Source: Bugula neritina
Lineage: Eukaryota > Animalia > Bryozoa
Direction: 5' to 3'
DNA: 64,000 bases
Assembly (NCBI GenBank): GCA_964035545.1
Contig: OZ037773.1
Coordinates: forward strand, 1,703,751 to 1,767,750
Shown here: positions 11,914 through 25,500 of the stretch, piece after piece
Numbering within the stretch: the stretch's first letter is position 1
Layout of the letters: each line of letters starts with the position of its first letter
Translations under genes and position numbers: made by a program
Notes under the pieces: generated by a model
Told to the model about the DNA's origin: nothing
The model's database searches: none
The model's input: only the letters and a program-made list of their open reading frames with translations

Positions 11914-13849
11914 AATGTTGGGGTGGTATTGAGTTGTCAAAGAGTGTGTGTTTGTGTGCGTGTGCGTGTGCGTGTGCGTGTGTGCGTGTGTGTGTGAACT
12001 GTGAAGGGAGATTTTTATCCACTTATTAGAGCAAATAATGTCACATTTTCCATAAACATAATAATAATATATATATATAAGCATAATTTATGCTGCCTTG
12101 CACATAAAGTTTTTGCTCATCCAATAAAAAGGCAAGTCTGATTAACCTGAAAATAAGCCAACATTAGTGAATATGAGAACTATTGGTAAACATAAATTAT
12201 TTATTTAGTACTTCATACCATTAGCTGAGAGAAAAAACTGGTACTATATGGTACTGCTAAAGTGGAGACATATGTAATTTCATTTCCAAGCTTTGCATTA
12301 TTTAATGGAGTTTTCATCCAATGTTTGGAAACAGCTCCATAGAATGAAACCACACCCATAAGTTCATGCAATCCACAACTACAAATTCATCCGAATAACG
12401 CAAAGTAATGGAATCGCAGGGAACAACACACAACATATGCAACGTGGTGTCAGCTACCACTAGTTCCTGTAGTTATCTAATGGTAAAAATGTCATCTCAG
12501 AAGTAAATTTCACCAAATTAACTTGTTTGAATAACGCTGTAAAACAACTGAACGTTAGTGGCTAGAAAATATTACACCTTCAAGTTGATTGCCTCCAATT
12601 CTATTGTGTTTTACTATAATAGCAGCTTTACATGTTTTCCATATGATAGCAGGCTATGTTATATACACTACCATAATATGTTTAATATACTAGAAAAAAG
12701 TTAAAATATGCCATTATTTATATTCTGCATTATAACATTTTGTATATATTATGCACATATAATCAAATCAATTGCTAAATGTAGTTTCTGTTAGAGATTA
12801 TAAAGATATTCCTGAATGGCTCTCACATGATCTCGTAACACTCAAATAATGTTCTCATAAGTGTTATACTCATTAGGCAATAACTATGAAACACCACAGC
12901 TCAATAGCTGCAGTTTGACATAGTACACAATATGTTAGAGGGGAGGAAGATATTCAGTGTATAACAGGAAATAGCTGCCATTTTGTTTTATGTGACTTCT
13001 TACTTACTTGGATGCTTAATTTAAATATCTCAACACACAAACTAACTAGAACATGCTCTACTTTGTTTGATATGGTAAACTTTTACACTAATAAACAATA
13101 TAAAAAGTGATTTGACAAATAAATGAAGCAAAAGGTTTGGCGGCCATATTTGATCTGATTTTCAGTTGAGGCAGCATAAAATCTAATTTACCAGAAAGCC
13201 CAAATTTTCACAATTATTTTGATACCAAATTTGTTACTATTCCTATTATACAAAGGCCTGTTGTTTTAAGGCTTCATAATTGTAAACAAACTATAATTCC
13301 TAACTTGTTCCAGAGTTGCCAACTTTAAACGCCATTTCCTCGAAACAGTAAAATAAAAATTCTAAAAATGCTAAAATTTTTAAATAGTGTTATCTCGAGT
13401 TCTATTTGCACTAGAGACTTCAAATAAAATGCAAACTGTTTGAAAAAGTCTGCTCTATCACTCCATAGTAATAACTAAGTTTTGAAATTTAATATACAAC
13501 TCCCTGCTTTGTGGTGCCAGGTCACATATTATGATAATGTGATATGTAATGTGTTAAGTATTGTGTGTGTAATGCATTATAATATACATGTATGTTGTGT
13601 TACATATTTAGCATAATAAAATACACATGCTTTAAAATATTTGCTATTACGTCATAGTATGTATTAAAATTTTATGTACATGACTGTATATTAAAAAATA
13701 AAATTGTATTCAATTGAAAGTTTGAAACTTTCAACTAGCCCATTGTGTTTTGGTAAAAAACTCGCACAGAAAATTTGTAGACAACAGAAACAACATTTTC
13801 AAGCTGTGCATGTACTAGAATTACAGTTCTTTCTGTATGATATTCAGAA

Positions 13850-14372
13850 ATCTGTCTGTATGATAAATGGGGAATTTGTCCTTATCATAAAAAGAGAATT
13901 CCTCCATATCATAGAAGAGAATTCCTTTGTATCATAAAAGGAGGATCCCTCCATATCATAATTGGGGAATTCATCTATATCATAGAAGGGAACTCCTTTG
14001 TATCATAAAAGAAGATTCCTCTGCATCATAGGAAGAGAATCTCTCTAGATCAAAGACTGGAAATCTTTCTGCATCATAGAAGGAGGATCTCCTTGTATCA
14101 TAGAAGGGAGATTCCTCTGTATTATGGAAGGAAGATCCTCTTGTATCGTAGAAGGGAGATTCCTCTGTATTATAGAAGGAGGATCCCCTTGTATCCTAGA
14201 AGGGAGATTCCTCTGTATTATAGAAGGAGGATCCCCTTGTATCATAGAAGGGAGATTCCTCTGTATTATGGAAGGAAGATCCCCTTGTATCATAGAAGGG
14301 AGATTCCTCTGTATTATGGAAGGAAGATCCCCTTGTATCACAGAAGGGAGATTCTTCTGTATCGTAAAGAGG
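13850..14372. repeat. 24-bp minisatellite with 48-bp higher-order dimer
   Basis: Alternating TGTATCATAGAAGGGAGATTCCTC and TGTATTATGGAAGGAAGATCCCCT units, decaying leftwards. Confidence 0.9.
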
Positions 14373-14944
14373 GGGTAGACCCAGGTTGCAAAACGAACCT
14401 GTAAATTATTGAACAGCAACATCATTGGCTGAAGTATATGCCGTCGTTATACATGTTGGAGCCAATACACAATGTTGCATACTTTTAATCAATGAAGAAA
14501 AAACTTTATTTCAAAAGTAGAATGTCCTATGTTTTCACATATATCTAATATAAATTAATGAATATTATAAACCATGTTTCACTCCATACAAAGAATAAAT
14601 TGAATTAATTTACTGTTTGCTTACATTTTTCACAGCAGACTACACATCAAATGTCATCTAGAGCTAGAGCAGGAAAGATAAGATAACTCCAGAGAAGATG
14701 ACTACTGGGCCTGGTAAAACTATTTGCATAGAGGGCATGACTCTCAGTTTTGATGTCGGAGCTAATAATGTTAGAGCAGCACGTGCATTGTATTATCAAC
14801 AAATTAACTCCCTCCCACAAAGCACTGCCTCTCCTACAATAGGTGGCTAGGCAACCGTGTCAAATACGCACTCATTTGTGTAATAAATCAATAATGGGTT
14901 TATAAACAGAGTGTTATAAGCTATATAGAACTGCTACCCTGACA

Positions 14945-15206
14945 CTACTATAACTTCTACTACTATAACTTCTACTACTATAACTTCTACTACTAGAACT
15001 TCTACTACTATAACTTCCACTACTATAACTTCTACTACTATAACTTCTACTACTATAACTTCTACTACTAGAACTTCTACTATTACAACTTCTACTACTA
15101 TAACTTCTACTACTACAACTTCTACTATTATAACTTCCACTACTATAACTTCTACTACTAGAACTTCTACTACTATAACTTCTACTACTATAACTTCTAC
15201 TACTAC
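14945..15206 (+). repeat. 15-bp repeat (ATAACTTCTACTACT)n, open as (ITSTT)n; candidate mucin exon
   Basis: About 17 units; the frame NCYPDTT(ITSTT)n is open from an AG at 14927-14928 to a stop at 15210-15212. Confidence 0.85.
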
Positions 15207-15274
15207 ACTGTAAAAGTGACGAGCATGGACACTAGATTTGTTGTGACTGTATACATTATTATATCAGGTATAAT

Positions 15275-16280
15275 ATATAGTATGGTATATGGTATAGTAA
15301 AGTATATAATATAGTATAGTATAGTATATAGTACAGTGTAGTATAGTATATAGTATAGTTTAAAGTATAGTATATGTATAGTATAACATAGCATAGCATA
15401 GTATAGCATAGTATAGTATAGTATAGCATAGTATAGTATAGTATAGTATAGTATAGTATAGTATAGTATAGTATAGTATAGTATAGTATAGTATAGTATA
15501 GTATAGTATAGTAGAGTATAGTATAGTATAGTATAGTATAGTATAGTATAGTATAGTATAGTATAGTATAGTATAGTATAGTATAGTATAGTATAGTATA
15601 GTATAGTATAGTATATAGTATAGTATGTAGTATAGTAAAGTATATAATATAGTATAGTATAGTATAGTATAGTATAGTATAGTATAGTATAGTATAGTAT
15701 AGTATAGTATAGTATAGTAGAGTATAGTATAGTATAGTATAGTATAGTATAGTATAGTATAGTATAGTATAGTATAGTATAGTATAGTATAGTATATAGT
15801 ATAGTATGTAGTATAGTATGTAGTATAGTAAAGTATATAATATAGTATAGTATAGTATAGTATAGTATAGTATAGTATAGTATAGTATAGTATAGTATAG
15901 TAGAGTATAGTATAGTATAGTATAGTATAGTATAGTATAGTATAGTATAGTATAGTATAGTATAGTATAGTATAGTATAGTATAGTATAGTATAGTATAG
16001 TATATAGTATAGTATGTAGTATAGTAAAGTATATAATATAGTATAGTATAGTATAGTATAGTATAGTATAGTATAGTATAGTATAGTATAGTATAGTATA
16101 GTATAGTATAGTATAGTATAGTATAGTATAGTATAGTATAGTAGGTATAGTATAGTATAGTATAGCATAGCATAGCATAGTATAGTATAGTATAGTATAG
16201 TATAGTATAGTATAGTATAGTATAGTATAGTATAGTATAGTATAGTATAGTATAGTATAGTAGGTATAGTATAGTACAGT
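15275..16280. repeat. (TAGTA)n microsatellite, ~1 kb, with repeated interruptions
   Basis: Pentamer array; the TGTAGTATAGTAAAGTATATAA interruption recurs, which indicates block duplications. Confidence 0.97.
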
Positions 16281-16424
16281 GTAGCTTATTGTCTAAAGTT
16301 GAAGCCAGGATATCACCACATGCTGCTTTGCTCCACGTTAAAGTGAAACACAATTTAATTATACACATATATACCTATATACAAACATATATTATATTAT
16401 ACAAATATACATTTTCATCTGTAG

Positions 16425-16557
16425 TTGTCTACCCTTTCACAGAAGCAGTGGTAAATGTGACAATCTATGATACTTCAGTACAAGATGTAAGTATACAGAA
16501 TATATTATATATAATATTATATTACCAATACCAAAGGATTATATACAAATTCATATA

Positions 16558-16626
<69 letters not shown>

Positions 16627-18614
16627 AATGGTAAAATACAAGTATGCAATATACTGCAAACATGTATAACTCAATAAACATTATCAATACCAAAACAATA
16701 TAATAGTATTGTAATAAAATGCATTAAAAATACCGAATAATAATATACTAGCTGCTTTAGATAATATAATACAGCTACCAAATATAAGTAATATAACATA
16801 GTACCTATAATTATGCATGCCAATATAGTACAACTACCAAGTATAAGTAATACAACATTCAATTATATAATATAATACGTATATTACAAAACCAAACGTA
16901 TAAGCCATATATAATATACTCTCACACAAGTTTATAGTCACTATCCCTGTGAGAAACCTCCTGATGGAAAGGGGTTTTTGTTAAATCAGGCTAAGGACTT
17001 ATTTAAATGAGGCACAGGAGTAATTATGACTGGATGCTCTTTATAACATTACCAAAGGCATTTGTTTGGGCTCGAACCCATGACCTCCTGTTTACTTGGC
17101 AAACGCTCTAACCCCTAGACCACTGCTGCTTCCTAATTCATATAATACACTATAATATATTGATTCAGTTTAAGTGCAAACAATTGATAGCTTCTAGAAA
17201 GGTCCTTGTTTTTGCTGGACCAGCTACATTCAAATTAAAGAGACAACTTCAAATAATGTCGTATGTGCCAGTATTAATCATTATTATATATGATAACTTT
17301 TTTATAGGTTACCCATTTAGTATGTTATAGTAATTTCATTATTCTTATGTCATGCTATGATATTTATATAGTGTGGGCAATAATAAATGTTCCTTATATA
17401 GTATGATTCATATATTATATGTTATGCATTATTTTTATTTTATGATATATTCATATAGTATGACAAATATTTCACATTGTCAATATAATATTATATAATA
17501 CATTTAGGTGACAGATGAACTAAAACATCAATTTGCTGACTCACTAACAAGTAAAGCCGAAGAATTTTGTTCCTTGGGTCAATCCAATTGTGCTAAACAA
17601 TTTCGAAAGTAAGAAATGACAGATTAATTACTAATAACAATCATGAGCAGATTATATAAATGAAATATTTACTCTCCTGGTATGTGTTTAAAGATGGGAT
17701 ATAAATAGTAATGCAGCACAGGGAGAAAAAGGGGGAGGGGATAATGTAGTAGCGTCATACTATCATGTCTATCACAATACGTTTTATAATATTTCAGTGA
17801 AAATCTCTCAACTAGTATTGATGCAGTAATAGAAAATAGCCCACATGTCAACTTTACAATATCAATTTCAATCGAAGGAACCAAGTCTAAGGTACCCGAC
17901 GCCAAAGTGTGTGGTAAGGAAACATAACTTACAATCTTGAATGTTCATAACACATGGTTATGATGACATGACTGTAGCAATCACATGATTTCACCTCAAC
18001 AAATACTTGTACTGTTGACCCGACTGGCAGGGTCCGAACTCCCTGGGTACCAGGACGTCTATCGAGAGTCATGAGCCCTTTTCTCCGCAATCAATATCAT
18101 ATCAACAACTTCAGCTTTTGCAGCTAGAATTAATGTAGGCGTGCTGGTTTACTGCAGAATAAATGATTAGTAAGTTAGTGCCTAGTGATAGGTTACTGCC
18201 AGTTACTATCGGCGACTATTAGCTACTGACAGTCACTATAAACTACCATCAGTTATTATCAGTTAGTGTCAGTAAGTAGTTAACTCATGTAACGGTATCA
18301 CTGATCAGGGCATAAGTCATACACAAGCTACTTTAGCAGAAATTGAGTTTTGGGTAACTTTGTATTAAAGTACCAACTGTACTACTGTAGAAATACTGGA
18401 GGAATCAACAGATGATATAGAAAAGGCTATAGAAGGAAGGGAGATATTGTCATGCAATGCTAAGCTGATTGGTATTGCCCCTGATGACCCTACTAACTGG
18501 ATCATGATTGCTGTGTTTGGTACCATCACGGTAGTGTTGCTTGTTGTCGTCATTGCTCTTATCAAAAAAAGTAAAGCTAACAACAACAAAAACAAAACAG
18601 AAGTGCTTCCATAA
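16425..18614 (+). CDS. Single-pass type-I membrane protein, 3' part (juxtamembrane Cys-containing domain, TM helix, short basic tail); 5' exons unresolved
   Basis: Exons 16425-16486, 17508-17608, 17798-17913, 18391-18614 have GT-AG boundaries and matching phases. TM segment WIMIAVFGTITVVLLVVVIALI is followed by KKSK..TEVLP-stop; N-glycosylation sequons NVT, NLS, NFT. Confidence 0.75.
16921..17133 (-). mobile_element. tRNA-derived SINE, copy 1
   Basis: Reverse complement of the element at 22776-22979; A box and B box are recognisable. Confidence 0.9.
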
Positions 18615-18781
18615 ACTATGGCGAGGCTAGAAAACAATGGTGGGAGAGATATATCCGCGGCCTATATAATATAGGTCACTTATATATACACAGGTTGCAT
18701 ATAAGAGCCTATATAAAAATAGGTAACATGTAAAATCAAATATATTTTAACTGAATTGTAATTTATTTTTAATAGACATCC

Positions 18782-19438
18782 TCAATTCGAGTTACAGGTA
18801 TTTTGCAATCTTGTCATCTCATCCTCAAGAGCGGCCATTTTTTCTTCGTATTCCTTTTTAACTTTTTCAACGGCTGAGCTGCAAATATCTGCTTTTTTGC
18901 TCTGACTATTCCGTAAGAGTCCAGATTGCTTGAGTTTGTCTTCCAGGGAAGCCAGAAATGAGTCAGAGTTAGTCTTGGATTTCTGCACCATCTTATTCTT
19001 CAAGGCTTGCAACACTGACTATATAAAAAGTATCATTGGCGTTATTAATATTTAATAATGCATTATATAGCTGATGACATAGCCTTGAAATACTATATAT
19101 TTTTGTATATTTTATATAGAATGCAATTTTCCAAACTTCAGTCACAATCAGACAGTTGTTTTATTGTAACCAGAAAAATAAATATTTAGTAGAAGAACCA
19201 ACAATTGAGTTCATGTTTAGCTTTGTTGCGAGACTTTCAAACAGTACCCCAAAAAGTAACATTGATAAATACAGCTATGGAACTTATGCTATTGCAATTG
19301 CTGATATATATTAGACTTTAGATTAATGAGTTTCTACTTTGTGTGAAAATACTTGCTCACCACCGGCTGCTGTGCCACACCTTCACAGTAGCACGTGACC
19401 AAAAGCAGCAGGCTGATGGGGATCAACACTTTCATCAT
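18782..19438 (-). CDS. Small secreted helical/coiled-coil protein, ~104 aa, unknown family
   Basis: Exon 19438-19361 MMKVLIPISLLLLVTCYCEGVAQQPV (signal peptide, donor GTGAG) joins in phase 0 to exon 19018-18782 (SVLQALKNK...TCNSN-stop); AATAAA 15 nt after the stop (18767-18762). Confidence 0.75.
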
Positions 19439-22400
19439 CTTCTTTACCTGTTGTAGAATTTACCTTACTTGAGCAGTGACACTCGAATTGTCTAAACTAT
19501 GGTGATTTCAGCGTTAGACCTAATTTAAGTTATATTCTTTTATGCTCACAAATAGTTGTGTGATTGAATGGTATATTAGTTTATGTGAATTCGATCCTAC
19601 TAGTCAGGTGTGGTGATAACAGCGTAGGAGCATTTCCTTAGCCTGAGCTCTAATCTACCGGAGTTATCATTGTCGGCAAGCGACTGGATGGTCCCTCAGG
19701 CATCATCATAAACACAAATTATTTAACTCTCTATGTTCAAACAAAAATTATGATCATTGTTCAAACAAAATGTGTAAATATTTTCCGCTGCATGCTAAAG
19801 CACAAAACTCCTTAATAAGGTTCTGGCAAAACTTAGAAAACATTTTACCCAATTAATTTCCGTTATGACTCATACGTCACAGTCTTCATATCACCTTCTG
19901 CATTTCCCCATCTGCATATTATGTTGCCTTCAGCATGTCTGGGCCACTTTCTGCATGTTACCTTCTAATAATATTATACTGCAAGGAAGTTTGTTATATG
20001 CAATCAGCTAGTACTGCTTCTACACACTTATCTGTGTGGGTGTTAAATCTTGGTAAATGGATATTTTACTGTTTCAACGCATGCATGTATGCTTATGAAA
20101 CGCAATAGCAATTACTACTCAATTCTGGGGTGCAAACTGTGATAGTTAGCAACTAATAAATTCTTCCACAGCCATTTCAAGTATCAAAGAAGATTTGTTT
20201 CATTGAATACATTAAATAATTTTATAATTTTATAATTTTAGACAGTCTCAGAATGTAAATGACACTAGATCGATATTTTTTGTAGTACCATGCAGATATT
20301 CTGTCACTTATGACAATTTTTAAAATTTACCTAATCAAATGTATGGAATGCATTCCAGACTATAGCATATGTTTTTGAAAACTGTACAACTTTAAACTTT
20401 CAAATATGTACCGAAATAAAGCTTTACACAACCGCTCAATAATTTGGTAGAATAACTCCCGAAAACATTAATGATTTTGTGGCTGTTGAGCTGTGTTTTG
20501 TTAGCACCAATGGTTATCGTAAACCCGTGCCTAAAGGTTATCTAATGACTTTTTTTAGACGCTTTAACGACTAAAGAGCCGACTTTTAAATAAATAAATC
20601 TAGCCATTCCATTTCAGTTGTTTAATTTAATTTCCGCTGATGAAAGTCCCAGCAATGACTTGAAGTGAATTAATTTTAATAACTATAACTCGATGATTGA
20701 TTGAGTTTAAGGCTTTAAGCCCATAATGATTTAATTAATTATTAATGAATAATATATAATTTTGTTAGTTTTTTTTATATTTTGTGCTTCATTAAATTAG
20801 TATTACATTTAAATTCATGTTTAGTTGATTATGAGAAAATCACTTGAAAATGCCCTTTTACTTTTAGTTTTTTTTTATCAAAAAATGAAATTGATTTTAA
20901 AATGATTAATTTATAAATTAAATATAAATTACTATTACTATAATTATAAATAGTTCAAATATTTTTTTAAATTTAACCGAGGTGACTTAAAATACTAATA
21001 TCAATATTAATAGTAATACCAACTGTTTAATAGTAATACTAATACTAATAGTGATAGTAATACTATTAGTAATAGTAATAGTAATATTGATTAAAGATAT
21101 GGCTAAAATAATGTCATAGCATCAGCTAATAATACTACTACTACTGCTGCTGCCGCTGCTACTACTACTACTGCTACTATTACTGCTACTACGTCTACTA
21201 CTACTACTACTACTACTACTACTAATTTTGCAATTGCAGAAGAAAAAGTGTAGCTAGAATTGAACTTTTACTTTAAGCTTCAACTATAAGTTGTCAGTAT
21301 TAGTATAACTATCACTATTATTAATTCAGTAAGAGTATCAGTAATGAATAAAACTAGATTTAAATGAAAATGTAGCCACTTACTCTTGTTTAATGAGTTA
21401 TCATCAGTTGACAATCACATTTAAACTTAAAGGCAATGGTCAATGGTGGATAGTTGACAGTTACTGTTAGTCGATGACACTATCAGTATTAGTCTAGCTC
21501 TTTTTAAATATAAATTTCAATTTATAAGTCATTTTAGCTTTGCTTTAACTTTAAGTTAATTTCTATTGCTGATCATTGGACTTACTTTAATAGTTTTAAT
21601 TAAGTGCTTTAAGATTAGGTATATTATGATTAACAATTGAATTATTTTTGATAGATGATGCCTACTTCTAGGCCCTAGTTGTTGTAAATTCAAATAATGC
21701 TTATAATAAAATGACAATATTATTTAATAAAAGCAATTTCTTAGGCTATTTCTCTTCTCTGGGTAAAACTTCAAGTAGCATATTGTAATCACAATGTTTA
21801 TTAAATACTAACTTTGTGCTCTATTAAGATGACTCAAGAAATGGCGTCGGAAAGTTAATTATTGATTTAAATTTCAAGATAAGTATCAACATCTTATCAA
21901 CGGTTTAATTTTTAGAGTTCGTTCATATGTTTTTATTGAGTCTTATTACAATAATTTTTTTAAAACATATGCCTGCATTTTATGATAATATACTAATTTT
22001 TGTGAACCTACAAAGAGAGTACGGTCAAATGAATCTACTTATGTGTGTCTAAAAGATCATATACGTAAGTTGAGTAGTGTTTCACTAATAGGAAGCAGTT
22101 GTAATTAGTAACCTGTCATTAGGAGAGGTGGCAAGTTGATTTACTTGTTGATAATGTAATTGTAGGCCTCTAATATTATGATAACTGCTAATGTTATATT
22201 TGATATTACTGTAGCTGTAAATATTACTCATTACTAATTTGTAATTTTTGTTGCAATAAAAATTATTGGTATACACGCAGTTGCTCCTTCTGATAACTCT
22301 GACTGCTAGTTATATTCACTGTAACTATCAGCTAACAGTAATCAATAACTAGTAACTAACCACAGCTACTAACTATTAATTATAAACACTCTGTAATACT

Positions 22401-22525
22401 GATACTGAGTGAGTGTGAGTGATTACAGGTAGAGTTATGTTTTAATAATATTTGTAATAAAACTGTTGTGATAGCTTTAAGACCAAGTCATTATCAGATG
22501 GTTTTCTTAAATATTAGAACTGGGA

Positions 22526-25500
22526 ATGGCAGATGCTGGTGAAGACATATTCATGAAACATTTCAAAGCATTGAAGAGAAAGTGTCCGCCTGCTGATCTC
22601 ACATCTGTCCTTGACCTAGATAACCCTGGGTCTCTTACTAGTGAGGTGTGTTTTGTCTTAGATAGCTTTAATTTTCTTACTAGTGAGGTTTGTTTTGTTC
22701 CAGATAGCCCTGGTTATTTTACCAATAGTTATTGTTGACCTTATTTTACCAACTGAACTGAAAGACTATTGTACAGGGAGCAGCTGTGGTCTAGGGGTTA
22801 GAGCGTTTGCCTAGTAAACACGAGGTCATGGGTTCGAGCCCAAAGGCCATTGGTAATGTTAGGAAGAGCATCCAGTCATAATTGCTCCTGTGCCTCATTT
22901 AAATAAGTCCTTAGCCTGCTTTCCATCATGGGTTTTCTCACAGGGATAGCGACTATAAACTTGCGTGAGTTTTTGTTGTTGAAAGACTATTGTACATTGT
23001 TGTTTATCATTGCAGTTGGGTCATTTTACTTAATTTAGTACACATTGGAAATCTCCAGTTTTTAGCTGTTTTTTTAAATTTAGCTGCTAATGAACATGGG
23101 TTTTTGCCCAAAGCTATTAAAATATCAATAAATACACTAAATAATCAAGGTTCTTCCTAATTTTGATTGATTTCTCCTGTTTCTTTTCTATTTATTTAGC
23201 TAATTTAGATTGCGGACTGTTACGAAGAAAACCGTAACGGTCCGCAATCGAAATTAGCTGAATAATTAGGAAACAACATGAGAAATCAAGCAAGATTAAA
23301 AAGAACCTAATTATTTAGGTGTATTTATTGATATTTTACTAGTTTTGGGCAAAAACCCATGTTCATTAGCAGCTAAATTGTAGAAAATAGCTAAAAACTG
23401 GAGATTTCCAGTGTTTATTAAATTAGGTAAAATGATCCAATTTAATATTGGTTACGGATGAGCTTTACTTGCCCGCCACATGTCTTATATTGTGTAAAAT
23501 TAAGAGGTTCAACTTACCGCTTTTGAAACTCACAAAAATGAATAAATTATTGAAATATATAAGTTTAAGTTGTTTTCTGCAGATATCACAAATCACACCT
23601 AAGGGGGTATCTGCAGACTCCATGTTTGGTTTACTTCCTGTCAGTGAGTGGAGGGCATATGAGCTGCTAGATGTGCCGGGTGCCATTATCATTAGGAACC
23701 CATTCACTGAGAGGCTACGCAGGTACTTTGTGTGCAGATGTCTCTCAGACTATCCTCGTCTGCCCAACATATCCAACCTCGACACATCACCCAGAATCTA
23801 CCCCGAGATCTGGCAGGCTGGCTGCCTCCACAACTCTGATATAAGGTTAAGTAAGCTAGGGCTATGGTGTTGTTTATTCTCGTTTCTTCCCAAATTATTC
23901 ACATTTCAGTATATACCTGTTAGCCTAAATTCTGTAATTTTGATACATACAAGTTTGATGGAGTGTTTGCGCGGCGTCTTTTTAACAGCAATGTTGTGCT
24001 TTTATACAGGGCTAGAAAGTATCTCCATAAGCTGAGATGGGTCACTCTGGGATATCATTATGACTGGACTAAGAAGGTGAGTTATCAACAGCTGAACCAA
24101 CCAGGGCTGTCCAACAGGCAGCCCCCAGGACTGGATGTGGTCCTCAGCCTACATTTAGGTGGGCCTCAAAGGAATAGCAAATAAATTTTTTTTGCACACA
24201 TACATGAATTAGAGTAAAAAAACCACTGTGTTTTTATATACATACTACAAAGCATACAGCATGCAGTAGTGATTGGGACTGCATTGTGTAATGATTCATA
24301 GCGAGTTGGAATAAAGTTATTTGAAACTTACTAATGCTGTGGCCCCCAGCCCAAGCTAAATTTACAATGAGGCCCTCGCCATGAAATATTCTATTTCAGT
24401 TGCCTTCGCTCTAAAATGGTTAGACACCCCCGAGCTCAACTATTACACCTCATGTCACATATCTGGTTTAACTCTCAATATTTCTTGAAAAAAATCGTTA
24501 ACTAAAAGTTGTCTTCTCTCTCAGGTTTACTCACAGGAAAGCTGTAATGATTTCCCTCAAGATCTCTCAGCCACCACGCAGTACATTGTGCGAGCTGTTT
24601 TAGGTGAAACCTGTGCTTTCAAAGCTGAGGCAGCCATTGTGAACTTCTATCATCTAGACTCGTCACTTTCTGGTCACACTGACCATAGTGAGTTTGACCT
24701 TGCAGCGCCACTCATTTCAGTCAGGTATTTGCATTGTAAAATGTTTATAGTAGGCATATATTTTGCTAGTGTGATAATACATATTTCTGTGTTTATAGTA
24801 CATAGTAATGTGTTTATAGTATGTAGTAATGTGCTATAGTATGTAGTAATGTGCTATAGTATGTAGTAATGTGCTATAGTATATAGTAATGTGCTTATAG
24901 TATATTGTAATGTGTTTATAGTATGTAGTAATGTGCTATAGTATGTAGTAATGTGCTTATAGTATATAGTAATGTGCTTATAGTATATAGTAATGTGTTT
25001 ATAGTATATTGTAATGTGCTTATAGTATGCATTATATGAGTCCATATTTTTCTGATTTACCTTCAGCTTTGGCCTGCCCTGCGTTTTCATGATTGGTGGA
25101 CAGACAAAGACCAAGGTCCCACAAGCCCTATATTTGAGAGATGGGGACGTTGTCATTATGTCCGGAAAAGCCCGCATGTCATATCATGCTGTGCCAAAAG
25201 TTTTACCAAAGAACTTTTTCTCTGCAGCTGATAATTCAGATACTTCATCACCTGTTGACAATATTACAATGACTTCTACAGTTAGTCCAAAGTGTAATGA
25301 TGAATGTAGCAAAAGATATCACTCTGAGGAATTTACAGAGCATTCCTTTACCAAGAAAGTTAAATATGATGCGGACACAAGCTGCTTCACTCAGCTAATA
25401 GACTGTGTGCATGACATTGAGTTCTGGAAACCCTATGAGATGTACCTACATGAGTCCCGTATTAATCTAAATGTCCGTCAGTTGTTTGAACCTGGTAAGC

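Noticed and set aside
14045-14425. ORFs in three frames over the 24/48-bp repeat (IIQRNLPSMIQGDPPS)
   Set aside because: The unit length is a multiple of 3, so open frames are expected; no splice or domain support.
15203-16368. Longest ORFs in the track (272-369 aa, YYTIL repeats)
   Set aside because: Reverse-strand reading of the (TAGTA)n microsatellite.
20631-20670. Hammerhead-like core CTGATGA-AAGTC..GACTT-GAA
   Set aside because: GAAG replaces the required GAAA and no adjacent stem III, cleavage triplet or stem I partner is found; an Infernal search would be needed.
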